From an uncultured Dehalococcoidia bacterium (GTDB lineage Bacteria > Chloroflexota > Dehalococcoidia > DSTF01 > JACRBR01), in NCBI GenBank assembly GCA_964487335.1, contig CAZAPT010000003.1, positions 75,509 to 139,508 of the forward strand: a DNA stretch of 64,000 nucleotides, given 5' to 3'. The stretch's first letter is position 1, and the number at the start of each line of letters is the position of its first letter. The notes beneath the pieces were generated by a model. It did no database searches and was not told the DNA's origin. It saw only the letters and a program-made list of their open reading frames with translations. This document shows, piece after piece, positions 9,232-18,886 of this stretch. Position numbers and translations under genes: made by a program.

Positions 9232-9960
9232 TCAGTCCTGGTACTCGTCCCGGCGCCGCACCCACACCGCCGCGGCGCCATCGGTCTCGTCCCGGCCCTT
9301 TGGAACCAGGTCCATGTAGTGGTACGCGACGTTCAACATGTCCAGCCCTCGCGCGTACGTCGAATAGGTGTGATAGATCTGCCCGCCCTCCTTGAGGAAG
9401 ACGCTGGCTCCGGGCGCCTCCGATCCGGACCATGGGTTCGACCGATAGTTGTAGTCCACCTTCCCCGATGCAAGCTGATCCGGACTGAACGACACGCCGT
9501 AGTCGTAGTTGAAGTCGCTCTCGGCCGAGGACAACCACGGGAACGTCCAGCCCATTCTCTTCTTGTATGCAACGAGCTTCGCGTAGGGCGCATGCGACAC
9601 CGCGACGATCGTGATGTCGCGATGGTCAAGGTGGACCGTGACACCGTTGAAGTTGTCCATCCAGAACGAGCAGACGTAGCACGGCTCATCAGTCGTCCAC
9701 GGCGTATGCTCCCCCGCCGTCTCCGGGTTGAACATGGCGTGGTAGACAACCAGCTGGTTGCGCCGTCCGAAAAGTTCGCTCAGCGATTGCCGGCCATGCT
9801 CGCCCTCGAAGACATACTCCTTCTCGACGACCTCCCACGGAAGCTCGCGACGCTCCTTGCTGAGCTGGTCGCGAAGCCTCGTGAACTCCTTCTCCTTCGC
9901 GAGGTGCTTCTTTCGAGCCGCGATCCACTTGTCATGCGTGACTACTGCGTGCGTTGGCAT
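9232..9960 (-). CDS. DUF899 thioredoxin-like family protein
   Basis: KWIAARKKHLAKEKEFTRLRD…LVVYHAMF…CxxCSFWMDN…MGWTFPWLSS matches the DUF899 pattern. ATG start. Lies 27 nt downstream of the preceding membrane-protein gene on the same strand. Confidence 0.75.
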   Translation of the reverse strand: MPTHAVVTHDKWIAARKKHLAKEKEFTRLRDQLSKERRELPWEVVEKEYVFEGEHGRQSLSELFGRRNQLVVYHAMFNPETAGEHTPWTTDEPCYVCSFWMDNFNGVTVHLDHRDITIVAVSHAPYAKLVAYKKRMGWTFPWLSSAESDFNYDYGVSFSPDQLASGKVDYNYRSNPWSGSEAPGASVFLKEGGQIYHTYSTYARGLDMLNVAYHYMDLVPKGRDETDGAAAVWVRRRDEYQD

Positions 9961-10087
9961 CCACTGCTCCTACGGCTGCCGCTCGGCGGGTGCGCCTACG
10001 GGCGAGAAATGAGCGACCCCGGCAAGTTCCAATCGGTGTGGCGAGTCGCTAAGACTGGATAATGGTAGGCCGGGCGCGACCTGACGA

Positions 10088-11635
10088 TCACGTCACCAGC
10101 CCCTCCCGCACCGCACGCACACCGGCAGCCGTCCGGGATGACGCCCGCATCTTCGACAGGATCGACGCCACGTGCTTGTTCACCGTGTAAGCGCTGATCC
10201 CCAGCGCTTCCGCGATCTCCTTATCCGCCAGGCCATTGCTCAGGTGATGAAGCACTGTCAGCTCACGGAACGTCAGCCCATACTGGCCTCCGTTGTCCAT
10301 CCGTGACTCGACGCGGCTCTCCAGATCGTCCCGCGCAGCGCGCTGTTCGTCCTCTTCGGCCATGCGCCGCTCCGCCGTGAAGTCCCGGACGAACGCAAGC
10401 ACTTCCTGCTCACTGATGGGCACGATTCGAGACTCGCGGTACCGCTGCTCGCCATCGATCTCTGTGAAGTAGTCAAATCGCTGCGTCGTCCTCGTTTCGA
10501 TGGCGTCTCTTATCAGCCGCAGCACCCGATCCGCTCGGTCCTTGGGCCAGATCTCGGCGACGTTGCGCCCGACGAACTCGGACGGAGGGATCGGCGTCGG
10601 CATGTTCTCGGCCTCGAAGTACTCCCTGGTGGCGCCATCCACGCCGACCCTGAAGACGAGGTCCGGCAGCGCGGTGATGACGTCGCGCTCGCGTTCCTGT
10701 GCAGCGCGCAACTGCTCCTCGAGGACCACCCGCTCCGTGACGTCGCGGATCACCGCGTCGATCGCAACCAGGCGTCCCCCGTCGCCGAACGTGAGCGCGT
10801 CCGAGTACTCCATCCAGAAGCTGGAACCATCTTTTCGCTTCCATCGAGCGTTGATCGGCCCTGCATGTTCCCGCACGAGCCTCCCGATCGTCTTCCTGTC
10901 CTGTGGGGGATCGAACAGACGGAGAAACAGGAACGGGTCGCTGATGAAGGCGTCTGCTGCATATCCGGTCAGCCGCTCCACCGCTGGACTGATGTACGTG
11001 AGCCTTGGCTGCGGCATCAACTCGAGTCGCAAGAACACGTCGTTCACGTGCTCGACCAATGCATGCAACTCGCGACCCCGCTGCGTCAACCCACGGATAA
11101 GCCGCGCCTGCTCGAGTTCGCCCTCCACGCGCGGCGCGACCGCTCGGAGCACCGCGTCGATCGCGCTGAGGTTCAGGTCTGCGTGGCGTGCCAGCACCCC
11201 GAGCTCACCGATCAACTCCCCGCCCTCAGCGTGAAGAGGTACGCCTGCGAACAACTCGGTCCCGCCTTCCGCCCACGTGAGGCCTGGGAACCGCGTGGCG
11301 ATGTCGTTCCCATCCGTCAGGTCGGCCCTCCCATCGCCCGCGGGCGCGCCGGCGACTCGGTACGGAATATCCGTGACGACACTACCGTCGTTCCAGAGCG
11401 CCACCATCCGGCGTATGTTCGGGTCGGCTGTCGTCTCCGTGATGAACGCGTACGCCGCGCCAAGCGTCGTCGCGCACGACGACACGACGACGTTCATGAA
11501 CCGCTCGCCGACGAGTGAGGAGGTCGCATCAACGATCCGGCTCACCGCCCGCTCCACCGAACGTCCCGTCGCCGGTGTTGCGTCTTGGTGTGCATGGTCG
11601 TGTGAGTCGCTCGCGGACTTGCGTCGGCCGGACAT
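10088..11635 (-). CDS. GAF-PAS-LuxR family transcriptional regulator
   Basis: C-terminal LuxR-type helix-turn-helix (LTFRELTVLHHLSNGLADKEIAEALGISAYTVNKHVASI). PAS and GAF regions lie upstream. ATG at 11635 preferred over the TTG-initiated maximal ORF ending at 11713. Confidence 0.75.
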   Translation of the reverse strand: MSGRRKSASDSHDHAHQDATPATGRSVERAVSRIVDATSSLVGERFMNVVVSSCATTLGAAYAFITETTADPNIRRMVALWNDGSVVTDIPYRVAGAPAGDGRADLTDGNDIATRFPGLTWAEGGTELFAGVPLHAEGGELIGELGVLARHADLNLSAIDAVLRAVAPRVEGELEQARLIRGLTQRGRELHALVEHVNDVFLRLELMPQPRLTYISPAVERLTGYAADAFISDPFLFLRLFDPPQDRKTIGRLVREHAGPINARWKRKDGSSFWMEYSDALTFGDGGRLVAIDAVIRDVTERVVLEEQLRAAQERERDVITALPDLVFRVGVDGATREYFEAENMPTPIPPSEFVGRNVAEIWPKDRADRVLRLIRDAIETRTTQRFDYFTEIDGEQRYRESRIVPISEQEVLAFVRDFTAERRMAEEDEQRAARDDLESRVESRMDNGGQYGLTFRELTVLHHLSNGLADKEIAEALGISAYTVNKHVASILSKMRASSRTAAGVRAVREGLVT

Positions 11636-11754
11636 GGGGGTGCGGTCGGTCGTCGCGCTGCGCCGAGATCGGCGAGGATCTCGTCGCCCAGAGGCCGGAT
11701 CTATCCCTTGCAAGATGTGTTGTTTCCAATCTAATCGATAATGGAGCCGGGCCG

Positions 11755-11784
11755 AGGTTCGTTGCAGCGGGAGTTCGTTGCAAC
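11755..11784. promoter_or_regulatory. tandem direct repeat GTTCGTTGCA(N6)GTTCGTTGCA containing the palindrome GTTGCAAC
   Basis: Read in the intergenic region between the regulator (10088..11635) and the small secreted-peptide gene. Candidate operator. Confidence 0.3.
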
Positions 11785-11954
11785 AGTGTGGCGTGTCCAG
11801 AACGGCTGGGCGACGATCCGCCGTGGCGAATTCGAGGTATCGCGACCCCCGAATATTGGCTACTAGTTATCCGACGAGAGCTATCAGCGTCCTTTGCGCG
11901 CAGGCGAACTGGCTGCGCCACCATCCGACGGATCACGGTCGCGTCGTCCCAGCC

Positions 11955-12173
11955 CTACGGCGGCCCCACCGTGCAGTTCGCCCCCACCTGCTGCAGCGCC
12001 ACGATCGCATCGCCGATCTGCACCGCTCCGCTCAGTGGCCCGCTCCGGTACGGCTTCGCGTTGTCGTTGTTCGGGTTGATGCTCTCGCTGTGCGCGATCG
12101 CCGACTCCGCAGCGAGAAGGCACGCCAGTGTGATGGCGGGTAGCACGGGGACCAGCAGCGTAAAGCTGGGCAT
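11955..12173 (-). CDS. 72-aa secreted peptide carrying the same C-terminal motif as the dockerin-like modules (…SGAVQIGDAIVALQQVGANCTVGPP)
   Basis: ATG start, signal peptide (MPSFTLLVPVLPAITLACLLAAESAIA). The mature ~45 aa align with …GAVTIADALVSLSSIGDSCN and …DAVSIADAIAVLGSIGDKCS from the two large proteins. Confidence 0.55.
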   Translation of the reverse strand: MPSFTLLVPVLPAITLACLLAAESAIAHSESINPNNDNAKPYRSGPLSGAVQIGDAIVALQQVGANCTVGPP

Positions 12174-12337
12174 GACGATGCGTCCTCGCGCGGGGTCCGC
12201 CGGCGCGGCAGCCGGGCTGGCGTTGTGGTGAAACGATCGTCCTATCCGAGGTAGCCGGCGTCAACCCCTCGCAGAGCAACAAGGAGGGCCTACCGCGTCA
12301 AGTACGCGCCCGCTAAGTCCGGAAGGGAAGGCTCAAC

Positions 12338-12985
12338 TCAGGCCACGTTCTCTTCGTACGCTTGCGACGACCGCCACTCGTCCTCCCCCAGCAGCGCGTC
12401 CAGCGTCTTCCCGTCGCCGGGGTATTCGCTGATCCGCACGTCGAGGTTCGCGAGCTTCGGCGTCAGCCGGGCCACGAAGATCTGCGCACCGTCGCGGTCG
12501 GTCTTCGGTAGCGCCACCGCCAGCGTCGTCCCAAGGTTACCGGCGAAGTCCACCTCGCGCAGCCAGTGCCTGTCCGCAATGTCCCCGGCGTGAAGCGGGT
12601 GCGCCGCCGTTCCCGAGATGCTCACGATCGCGAAGCGCTCGCCAAACCGCTCCGCACGCGAGATCTCCTCCTCGACGCGCAGGCGGAAATACCACGCCGA
12701 GTACGCCGCGCTGTCCCTGTCGAAGATCGGCCGGCGCCGGTCGCGCGCCACGGCGCGCAACGCCTCCGGCTCGATTCCCGCCACCACCGCCGGCGACGAC
12801 TGCACGCCCGTAGCCAACGCCGCTGCACGCCAGGTGCCTGCCACCGTGCACAGCACAGCCGCGATCTCGAGCATGATCCGCGCCGCGACCGGTCCTACCG
12901 CGGCCGCGACGCTGACGGCGATCACTCCGGCCACCGCAACCGGCGCGACAAGAGCCACCGCCCTCCGGCCGAGGCGCTCGGTCAC
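12338..12985 (-). CDS. membrane protein with degenerate GGDEF-like domain (non-catalytic)
   Basis: N-terminal transmembrane segments. RDSAAYSAWYFRLRVEEEISRAERFGERFAIVSI resembles the start of a GGDEF domain, but the GGDEF motif is replaced by LGTTL. GTG start. Confidence 0.45.
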   Translation of the reverse strand: MTERLGRRAVALVAPVAVAGVIAVSVAAAVGPVAARIMLEIAAVLCTVAGTWRAAALATGVQSSPAVVAGIEPEALRAVARDRRRPIFDRDSAAYSAWYFRLRVEEEISRAERFGERFAIVSISGTAAHPLHAGDIADRHWLREVDFAGNLGTTLAVALPKTDRDGAQIFVARLTPKLANLDVRISEYPGDGKTLDALLGEDEWRSSQAYEENVA

Positions 12986-13515
12986 TGGCCACCACCCTCA
13001 GAGCTCACGCAGAAGACCGAATGTCCCGCGAGGTTAGGCGGCACTTCGCCGCTGCAACGACTCGTAGCGTCAGCCGTCGCGATCTCCGAGTACAGCGTGT
13101 AGCTGGCGCCGTCAGACCGGTACTGATAGCTCCGCGCGCCGTCGCTGAACGAGAGCTTCGATGCCACCGCATTCAGTGCGCACGCCGCCTCCGAATTGTT
13201 GGAGCACGCCGTCTGGAACTGCGAGTTCGTCGTCGGATATATGCCGAAGCGTCGCTTGAACGTCTCGAGGGCATCGCGCAGCGTCGCTAGGTCGAGCTTG
13301 CGCCGTGAGTCGAGAAGGATCGCGCCGAGATCAGAAGTCGGCTGCGCGGATGCCGTCGCCGCAGGCGATGCGACAGCCGTCACCGTCGGCGCCGCGACCG
13401 CTCCGGCATCATTCCCCGATGTTCCCGCCAGCACCACGCCTGCCGCCGTGATCGCGACGAGCCCCAGGATCGGTCCGATGTAGCGCCAGTCGCGCACAGG
13501 CAGCATGAAGCGCAT
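12982..13515 (-). CDS. membrane-anchored or secreted hypothetical protein
   Basis: ATG start, N-terminal hydrophobic helix, Ala/Thr-rich linker. Its stop overlaps the downstream gene start by 4 nt. Confidence 0.45.
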   Translation of the reverse strand: MRFMLPVRDWRYIGPILGLVAITAAGVVLAGTSGNDAGAVAAPTVTAVASPAATASAQPTSDLGAILLDSRRKLDLATLRDALETFKRRFGIYPTTNSQFQTACSNNSEAACALNAVASKLSFSDGARSYQYRSDGASYTLYSEIATADATSRCSGEVPPNLAGHSVFCVSSEGGGQ

Positions 13516-13644
13516 CCTCGCGAAGATATCGACCCGATGCCCCTGAGCCTTAAGAGGGGAATCCCCTAGTTTCTATCGCATGCCACCTTTTTCCGACTCT
13601 TTCTAATCCGTTCAGGTTGCGTCCGCCCTGTACGCTGCAGGCAA

Positions 13645-14976
13645 ATGCGCATCCCGCAGCCGCTCGGCGAGCGCCGTACCACCGCGCTTGTCCTCGCCGC
13701 CGTTCTCCTCCTCGCCGCAGCCGCCCGCATGCCCTTCTGGCTCTCCTACACCTACGCCTACGGCCACGGCGACGCCATCATCTGGGAAGTCTGGGCGCGT
13801 GCCATCCACCAGCACGGGTTCATCAACGTCCTCCGCACCGCCGATAGCAACAACATCGGCTACCACTATGTCCTGTGGCCCACAAGCGCCGTCTACGCGC
13901 AGATCTCGCCTGGCTTTGTGCTGTGGACCCACTCCTTCCACGTCCTAATAAAGATCCCGCCGTTCCTCTGCGACCTCGGCCTCGCCGCCCTCATCTTCTA
14001 CGTTGCCCGGTCGATGTCCACCGCCTCCACGCCCTTCCGCCGCGACCTCGTTGCCGGCGCCGCGGCCTGCGCCTTCGCGCTCGCTCCGGCGACCATCTAC
14101 GACTCGATGTGGTGGAGCCAGATCGATTCGGTCACGACGCTCTGCATGATGGCCGCGCTCGTCCTCGCCGCGCGCGGTCACGTCGGATGGGGATGGGCGA
14201 TCGGAACCGTCGGCTTTCTCTTCAAGCCCCAGCCGATCGTCATCCTGCCCGTGCTCGCCGCCTTCACGTTCTGGAGGTTCGGCGGCCTCGCGCTGCTGCG
14301 CGGCGTGCTCGCATCAGGCGCGACGACCCTCGCTGCGCTGACGCCGTTCCTCATCCACGGCGACGCACGGCTCGTTGGCGAAACGTACGGCCGGATGTTC
14401 GAGCAGGATCCGCTCGACCTCGCGCAGGGCGCCTGGAACGGGTGGTCGATCCTCGATGCGCACGGCGATCCGCACCCGAAGGACGCGGTCCTCACCCTCG
14501 CCGGCCTCGACGTTTCCTACGCTTTGCTCTCGCTCCTGCTTTGCGCTGTTGCAACCGTGATCGCCCTCGTCTACCTTAGGCGTCATCTCGACGAGCCGGG
14601 ACTGCTCATGTCAGGCGCCGCGATGGTCTTCACGTTCTACATGCTTCCGACGAGCACACATGAGCGATACCTCTATCCCCTGTTCGCTCTCGCCGCGCCG
14701 CTCCTCGTCCGTGTGCCGGCGCTGATCCCCGGTTACATCGCGCTCGCCGCGACGTTCTTTCTCAACCTAGTCGCCATCACCCCGCCAAGCGATGCCTCGT
14801 ACTGGGACTGGCAGCGCACGAACTTCGCGATCGCGGTCGCCTCCTTCAACGTTGCGATCTACGTTGCATTCGTGCTGTGGATGATCCGAGAAAGCGTGGC
14901 GACGCGGCTCCCCCGCCGCCTCGGTGCGCCACCGCAACCCCAACCCGCCCTCGCCGTCGTCGAGCGCGATCCATGA
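13645..14976 (+). CDS. GT-C-fold membrane glycosyltransferase (PMT/ArnT/DUF2029-like)
   Basis: About ten transmembrane helices, with a conserved N-terminal periplasmic loop containing Y..GHGDA…W. ATG start. Confidence 0.6.
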   Translation: MRIPQPLGERRTTALVLAAVLLLAAAARMPFWLSYTYAYGHGDAIIWEVWARAIHQHGFINVLRTADSNNIGYHYVLWPTSAVYAQISPGFVLWTHSFHVLIKIPPFLCDLGLAALIFYVARSMSTASTPFRRDLVAGAAACAFALAPATIYDSMWWSQIDSVTTLCMMAALVLAARGHVGWGWAIGTVGFLFKPQPIVILPVLAAFTFWRFGGLALLRGVLASGATTLAALTPFLIHGDARLVGETYGRMFEQDPLDLAQGAWNGWSILDAHGDPHPKDAVLTLAGLDVSYALLSLLLCAVATVIALVYLRRHLDEPGLLMSGAAMVFTFYMLPTSTHERYLYPLFALAAPLLVRVPALIPGYIALAATFFLNLVAITPPSDASYWDWQRTNFAIAVASFNVAIYVAFVLWMIRESVATRLPRRLGAPPQPQPALAVVERDP

Positions 14977-15983
14977 GGCGCATCGCCCTCGGCGTCGGCT
15001 GGTTCGTCGCCGCGGGTATGGCAGCCGCCGTCGTCTTGCTCGCGTTCACCCGCGGCGGGTCCGCTCACGCCCCGCCCACCGTCTCGATCGAGGGATCCGC
15101 ACAGCCACTCTCCGCCGCGTCCGGCGATCTGCCGGCGACGTGGGCCGGCCGCCTGCATCAGAACGCCGGCACTACGCTGCTGATCTCATGCCTCGATGCC
15201 AACCACGACGGGCGCCTGACGACTGCCGACAATCCAGCCTTCGCCGGGCTCGACTTCCCCTTCGTGCGCGACAAGGAATGCCTCGATCCCGCGAACCATG
15301 CCGACTACTTCGAAGGCGAACCGTCCGATCCCGCTGCATACTCGTGTGACGCCCCGAAGCCGCCGCTGTTGGTGATCTCCATTGGCGGCGGCGGCACCGA
15401 TCTCAATATCGCGAGCTCCGGCGTCAGCCTCGGCCTCCTCGACATCGTGAACGACATCCAGTCGCGTGCTGCATCCGAAGGCATCGCGACGCTCCCCGTC
15501 CTCGCGGCCGGCGCCGTGTTCGATACCGATTTCCCGCAGACCCGCATGGAGCAGTGGATTGCCCACGAAGTCGAGTCACGACTCACGGCGCTGCCGTGCC
15601 TTCGCGCGGTCCTCATCGGCCACAGCCACGGCGGCGTCATCGTCACCGCCGCGATGTACGCGCTCGAAGACCGTTTCGCCTCGCGGATGTACGGCGTGGC
15701 GCTCGACCGCTCCCTCGCGCTCTACGACCACCCCGCCACGCAGCTCCCGAAGGTCGCGCCGCTGTTGAACGTCTTCCAGCTCAACGAGGGGTGGCACGGC
15801 ATCCCGCTCGACCAGCCGAACATCACGAACGCCGACGCTTCGTGGGCCGCCGCCCCGTTCCGGCCCTGGGTCTCCCCGCAACCACTCGCGACCGTCACCC
15901 ACCTGACCCTCGACGACTCACCCGCCGTCCAGCAGGGCATCGTCGACCGCGTCATGGCCTGGGCGGACGGAGCGGGATCCTGA
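14973..15983 (+). CDS. secreted alpha/beta hydrolase (lipase/esterase-like)
   Basis: ATGA overlap with the upstream glycosyltransferase. Signal peptide present. VLIGHSHGG nucleophile-elbow motif. Confidence 0.6.
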   Translation: MRRIALGVGWFVAAGMAAAVVLLAFTRGGSAHAPPTVSIEGSAQPLSAASGDLPATWAGRLHQNAGTTLLISCLDANHDGRLTTADNPAFAGLDFPFVRDKECLDPANHADYFEGEPSDPAAYSCDAPKPPLLVISIGGGGTDLNIASSGVSLGLLDIVNDIQSRAASEGIATLPVLAAGAVFDTDFPQTRMEQWIAHEVESRLTALPCLRAVLIGHSHGGVIVTAAMYALEDRFASRMYGVALDRSLALYDHPATQLPKVAPLLNVFQLNEGWHGIPLDQPNITNADASWAAAPFRPWVSPQPLATVTHLTLDDSPAVQQGIVDRVMAWADGAGS

Positions 15984-16023
15984 CGGCCACGAGGCTGGTG
16001 ACCATCGTCTCTTCAGAGTGACA

Positions 16024-16046
16024 CGCCTCGGCGAGGGCGTTTTCTA
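16024..16046. terminator. hairpin CGCCTCGGCGAGGGCG + TTTTCT between convergent genes
   Basis: Imperfect stem followed by a T-tract, about 40 nt after the stop at 15983. Confidence 0.4.
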
Positions 16047-16145
16047 AGTCACAGTCCCTGCACGTGGGAGTAACGGCGGCCGTGATCCGTCGACCGACTA
16101 TCGAGCGTGGGATCGAATCGTTGGACGGGCGCCGCTCGCGCTAGC

Positions 16146-17279
16146 TCACCACTGCACGAACATCGGCATGACCACGTGGATGTAGTTGTCGTTCTCCAGC
16201 GGCCGGATGACACCCGGCTGCGACGGCCCCGTCGTCTCCAGCGCGACGCGCCCGCCGTCCAGCACCTGCAGCACATCCTGTAGGTACTTGCCGTTGAACG
16301 CGATCTTCGCGGCTTCGCCTTCGACCTGCGCGTCCAGCTCGCCCGAGTTGTCGCCGATCTCCTCCGCGCGCGCAGCGATCGTCATCCGTCCGGGAGTCGA
16401 GTCTTCGCCCGACTGGAACGTGATGCGCACGATCCCGCTGCCATCCCGCGCGAAGATCGACGCGATCTTCGTCTCCTGCAGGAAGTCCCGCACCTCCACC
16501 ACCGCCCTGCTCCCCCACTCCTTCGGGATCAGCCTGCTGTAGTCCGGGAACGTCCCTTGGATCAGCTGCGCCACCAGCTCGACGTCCTTGAGCTGGAACA
16601 ACACCTGCGTCTTCGCGGCGTTGAACGTCATCTTCACCGGCTCGTCCTGGTCCTGAAGAAGGCGGCTCAACTCCGAAAGCGCTCGCGCCGGCACGATGAC
16701 TTCCTGCCGCTCGGCCGCCTTCTTCTTCAGCTGCAGGTGCCGCACCGCGAGCCGGAAGCCGTCCGCCGCCGCCAGCGTCAGCCGGTCCCCCTCCACCACC
16801 AGGTCGATGCCCGTTAGCACCGGCCGCGAGTCATCCGTCGCCGCCGAGAACACCACCTGCGAGATCGCTTCCCGCAGCATCTTCGCGTCGAGGTCGAACG
16901 TCGCGCCGTCTTCGACCGTCGGGATTGGCGGGAAGTCGTCCGCGTCCATCCCGCCGATCGTCGCCTCATTCCGCGCGCACGTCACCTTCATCTGCCGCGC
17001 GCGCGGCGCGATCGCCATCGTGATCTTCTCCGCCGGCAGCGAATTTACGAAGTCACTCAACAGCCGCGAAGGCACCGTGATCGCGCCCTCTTCTTCGATC
17101 TGTCCGCCGATCCAGCAACTCAGCGCGATGTCGAGGTTCGTCGCCGCAAGCTTGATGCGCCCGTGGTCCGTCGCGATCAGTACGTTCGATGTGATGGGAA
17201 GCGTGCTGCGCACCGCAACTGCGCGGCCGACGATCCCGAGGCCGCGCGCGAGGTTCTCCTGAAGACACGTAACCTTCAT
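16146..17279 (-). CDS. dnaN: DNA polymerase III subunit beta (sliding clamp)
   Basis: Full-length beta-clamp similarity (MKVTCLQENL… through …VVMPMFVQW). ATG at 17279. Confidence 0.9.
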   Translation of the reverse strand: MKVTCLQENLARGLGIVGRAVAVRSTLPITSNVLIATDHGRIKLAATNLDIALSCWIGGQIEEEGAITVPSRLLSDFVNSLPAEKITMAIAPRARQMKVTCARNEATIGGMDADDFPPIPTVEDGATFDLDAKMLREAISQVVFSAATDDSRPVLTGIDLVVEGDRLTLAAADGFRLAVRHLQLKKKAAERQEVIVPARALSELSRLLQDQDEPVKMTFNAAKTQVLFQLKDVELVAQLIQGTFPDYSRLIPKEWGSRAVVEVRDFLQETKIASIFARDGSGIVRITFQSGEDSTPGRMTIAARAEEIGDNSGELDAQVEGEAAKIAFNGKYLQDVLQVLDGGRVALETTGPSQPGVIRPLENDNYIHVVMPMFVQW

Positions 17280-17499
17280 CGCGCTCACCTGTGTAACCAT
17301 TTGCGCCGAGTATAAGCCTCGCGCAGAGAAGCGACAATAGATCAACACCCATGATCAATTGCTGCGCGATCACTTCGTGCGCGCGACGCGCATAGACGCA
17401 GCGATGAGGTGGAGTCGATCGCTGCGTCTGGCGCGGGGAGAACCACTGTTACGTCAATCGGAACGCATTGCCCCAACAATGCGCGTGCGCCCGTTACGT

Positions 17500-17706
17500 C
17501 TACACCTCGCCGCTCGTCCGTTCGCACGCGTCGCCGAGACGCCGCACGTACTGCTCGAAGCGGTCCGCGTACGACCGCACGTCGTCGCGCAGTTTCGGAT
17601 CGACGTCCGTCAGCGTCTCCGTCAGGTGCTGCAGGTTCGTCTCGATGACTCTGCTCTGCACGTACGCCCGGTCGAGCTGTGCGTTCGGCTTGGTCGCGGT
17701 TGGCAT
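17500..17706 (-). CDS. small hypothetical protein (68 aa)
   Basis: ATG-initiated ORF with a non-Arg-rich helical composition, upstream of and co-oriented with dnaN. Confidence 0.3.
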   Translation of the reverse strand: MPTATKPNAQLDRAYVQSRVIETNLQHLTETLTDVDPKLRDDVRSYADRFEQYVRRLGDACERTSGEV

Positions 17707-18073
17707 GCGGCGACTCCTTCGTCGTTATCTGAGTTAGAAGCCGATCGATGGGAGGAGCGTTCCGTCCGGGTCCACGAGCGCGGCGATCACGTCCAGCACG
17801 AGGACACCGACCACGATTCCAGACAGCCACAGTTCGATCATCTCACTGCTCCTGATGCGATAACGGTCGCGGCGGTGGGTGTTGCGCGTCTCAAACTCTG
17901 ACAGGGAGGGTGCTATCCTACGGCGCTTCGCGATCCATGCGGATAAATCGCCGCCATGACCGCCGGTTACATCCGCATAACATCGCCATATCAACGCCGG
18001 ACGACGACGCCGCAGCGCAACGCTTACCGCGCTGTACTCGATTCCGTTCGTCTCAAGATCGGTGCCGAAGCCC

Positions 18074-18796
18074 TCAGTGCGCCGTAAAACCGCCATCGAC
18101 GACGTACGCCGACCCCGTCACGTACGACGCCTCGTCCGACGCCAGGAACAGCGCCACGTTCGCCACTTCCTCTGGCTTGCCCCACCGCCCCAGCGGCGTC
18201 TGCTGCGAAATCATGTCCCGGATCGCCTCGACGCCCGAGATCGGCGCCGTCATCGCCGTCTCGATGAATCCCGGATTGATGCAGTTCACCCGCACGCCCC
18301 GCCCCGCGAGGTCCAGCGCGAACTGCCGCGTCAGCCCCACCACCCCGTGCTTGCTCGCCGTGTAGGCCCCCGCCCCCGGCAATGCCACCAGCCCCAGCAC
18401 CGACGCCAGGTTGATGATCGACCCGCTGCCACGCTCCGCCATCGCCGCGCCGCCATGCTTCAGCCCGTAGTACACGCCGCTGAGGTTCACCGCGATGGTC
18501 CGGTCCCACTCCGCCGCCGCCGCGATTCCCGCGTTGTTCACGAGCACGTCGAGCGCGCCGAACGCCTGGATGGCAGCGTCTACCGCACCCTTCACCTCGT
18601 CTTCGACTGTGACGTCCGTCTGCAGCGCCTTCGCGTTCGCCCCGATCGCTGCCGCCACGTCATCCGCCGCGCCAACGTTCACGTCCGCCGCAACCACCTT
18701 CGCGCCTTCCGCCCCAAACCGCATCGAGATCGCCCGCCCGATGCCGCTGCCCGCCCCTGTGATCAGTGCAACTTTCCCGGCCAGACGGTCGCCCAT
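18074..18796 (-). CDS. SDR-family oxidoreductase
   Basis: TGAGSGIGRA Rossmann motif, NNAG motif and YxxxK catalytic motif. Confidence 0.85.
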   Translation of the reverse strand: MGDRLAGKVALITGAGSGIGRAISMRFGAEGAKVVAADVNVGAADDVAAAIGANAKALQTDVTVEDEVKGAVDAAIQAFGALDVLVNNAGIAAAAEWDRTIAVNLSGVYYGLKHGGAAMAERGSGSIINLASVLGLVALPGAGAYTASKHGVVGLTRQFALDLAGRGVRVNCINPGFIETAMTAPISGVEAIRDMISQQTPLGRWGKPEEVANVALFLASDEASYVTGSAYVVDGGFTAH

Positions 18797-18886
18797 GTGC
18801 CTCTCCTGTCAGACGCAAACGCGCGCGGGTGGTGTTCTGATTACCACCCGCGCGCGACTGTCACAACTGAAGGAGCGTCTACGACG

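Noticed and set aside
17280-17499. Possible oriC/DnaA-box cluster upstream of dnaN
   Set aside because: No TTATCCACA-like 9-mers were seen on reading the 220-bp gap.
17738-17830. 30-aa hydrophobic peptide ORF (MIELWLSGIVVGVLVLDVIAALV…) upstream of the 68-aa ORF
   Set aside because: It is too short and featureless to support without conservation or expression data. I mention it only as context for dnaN.
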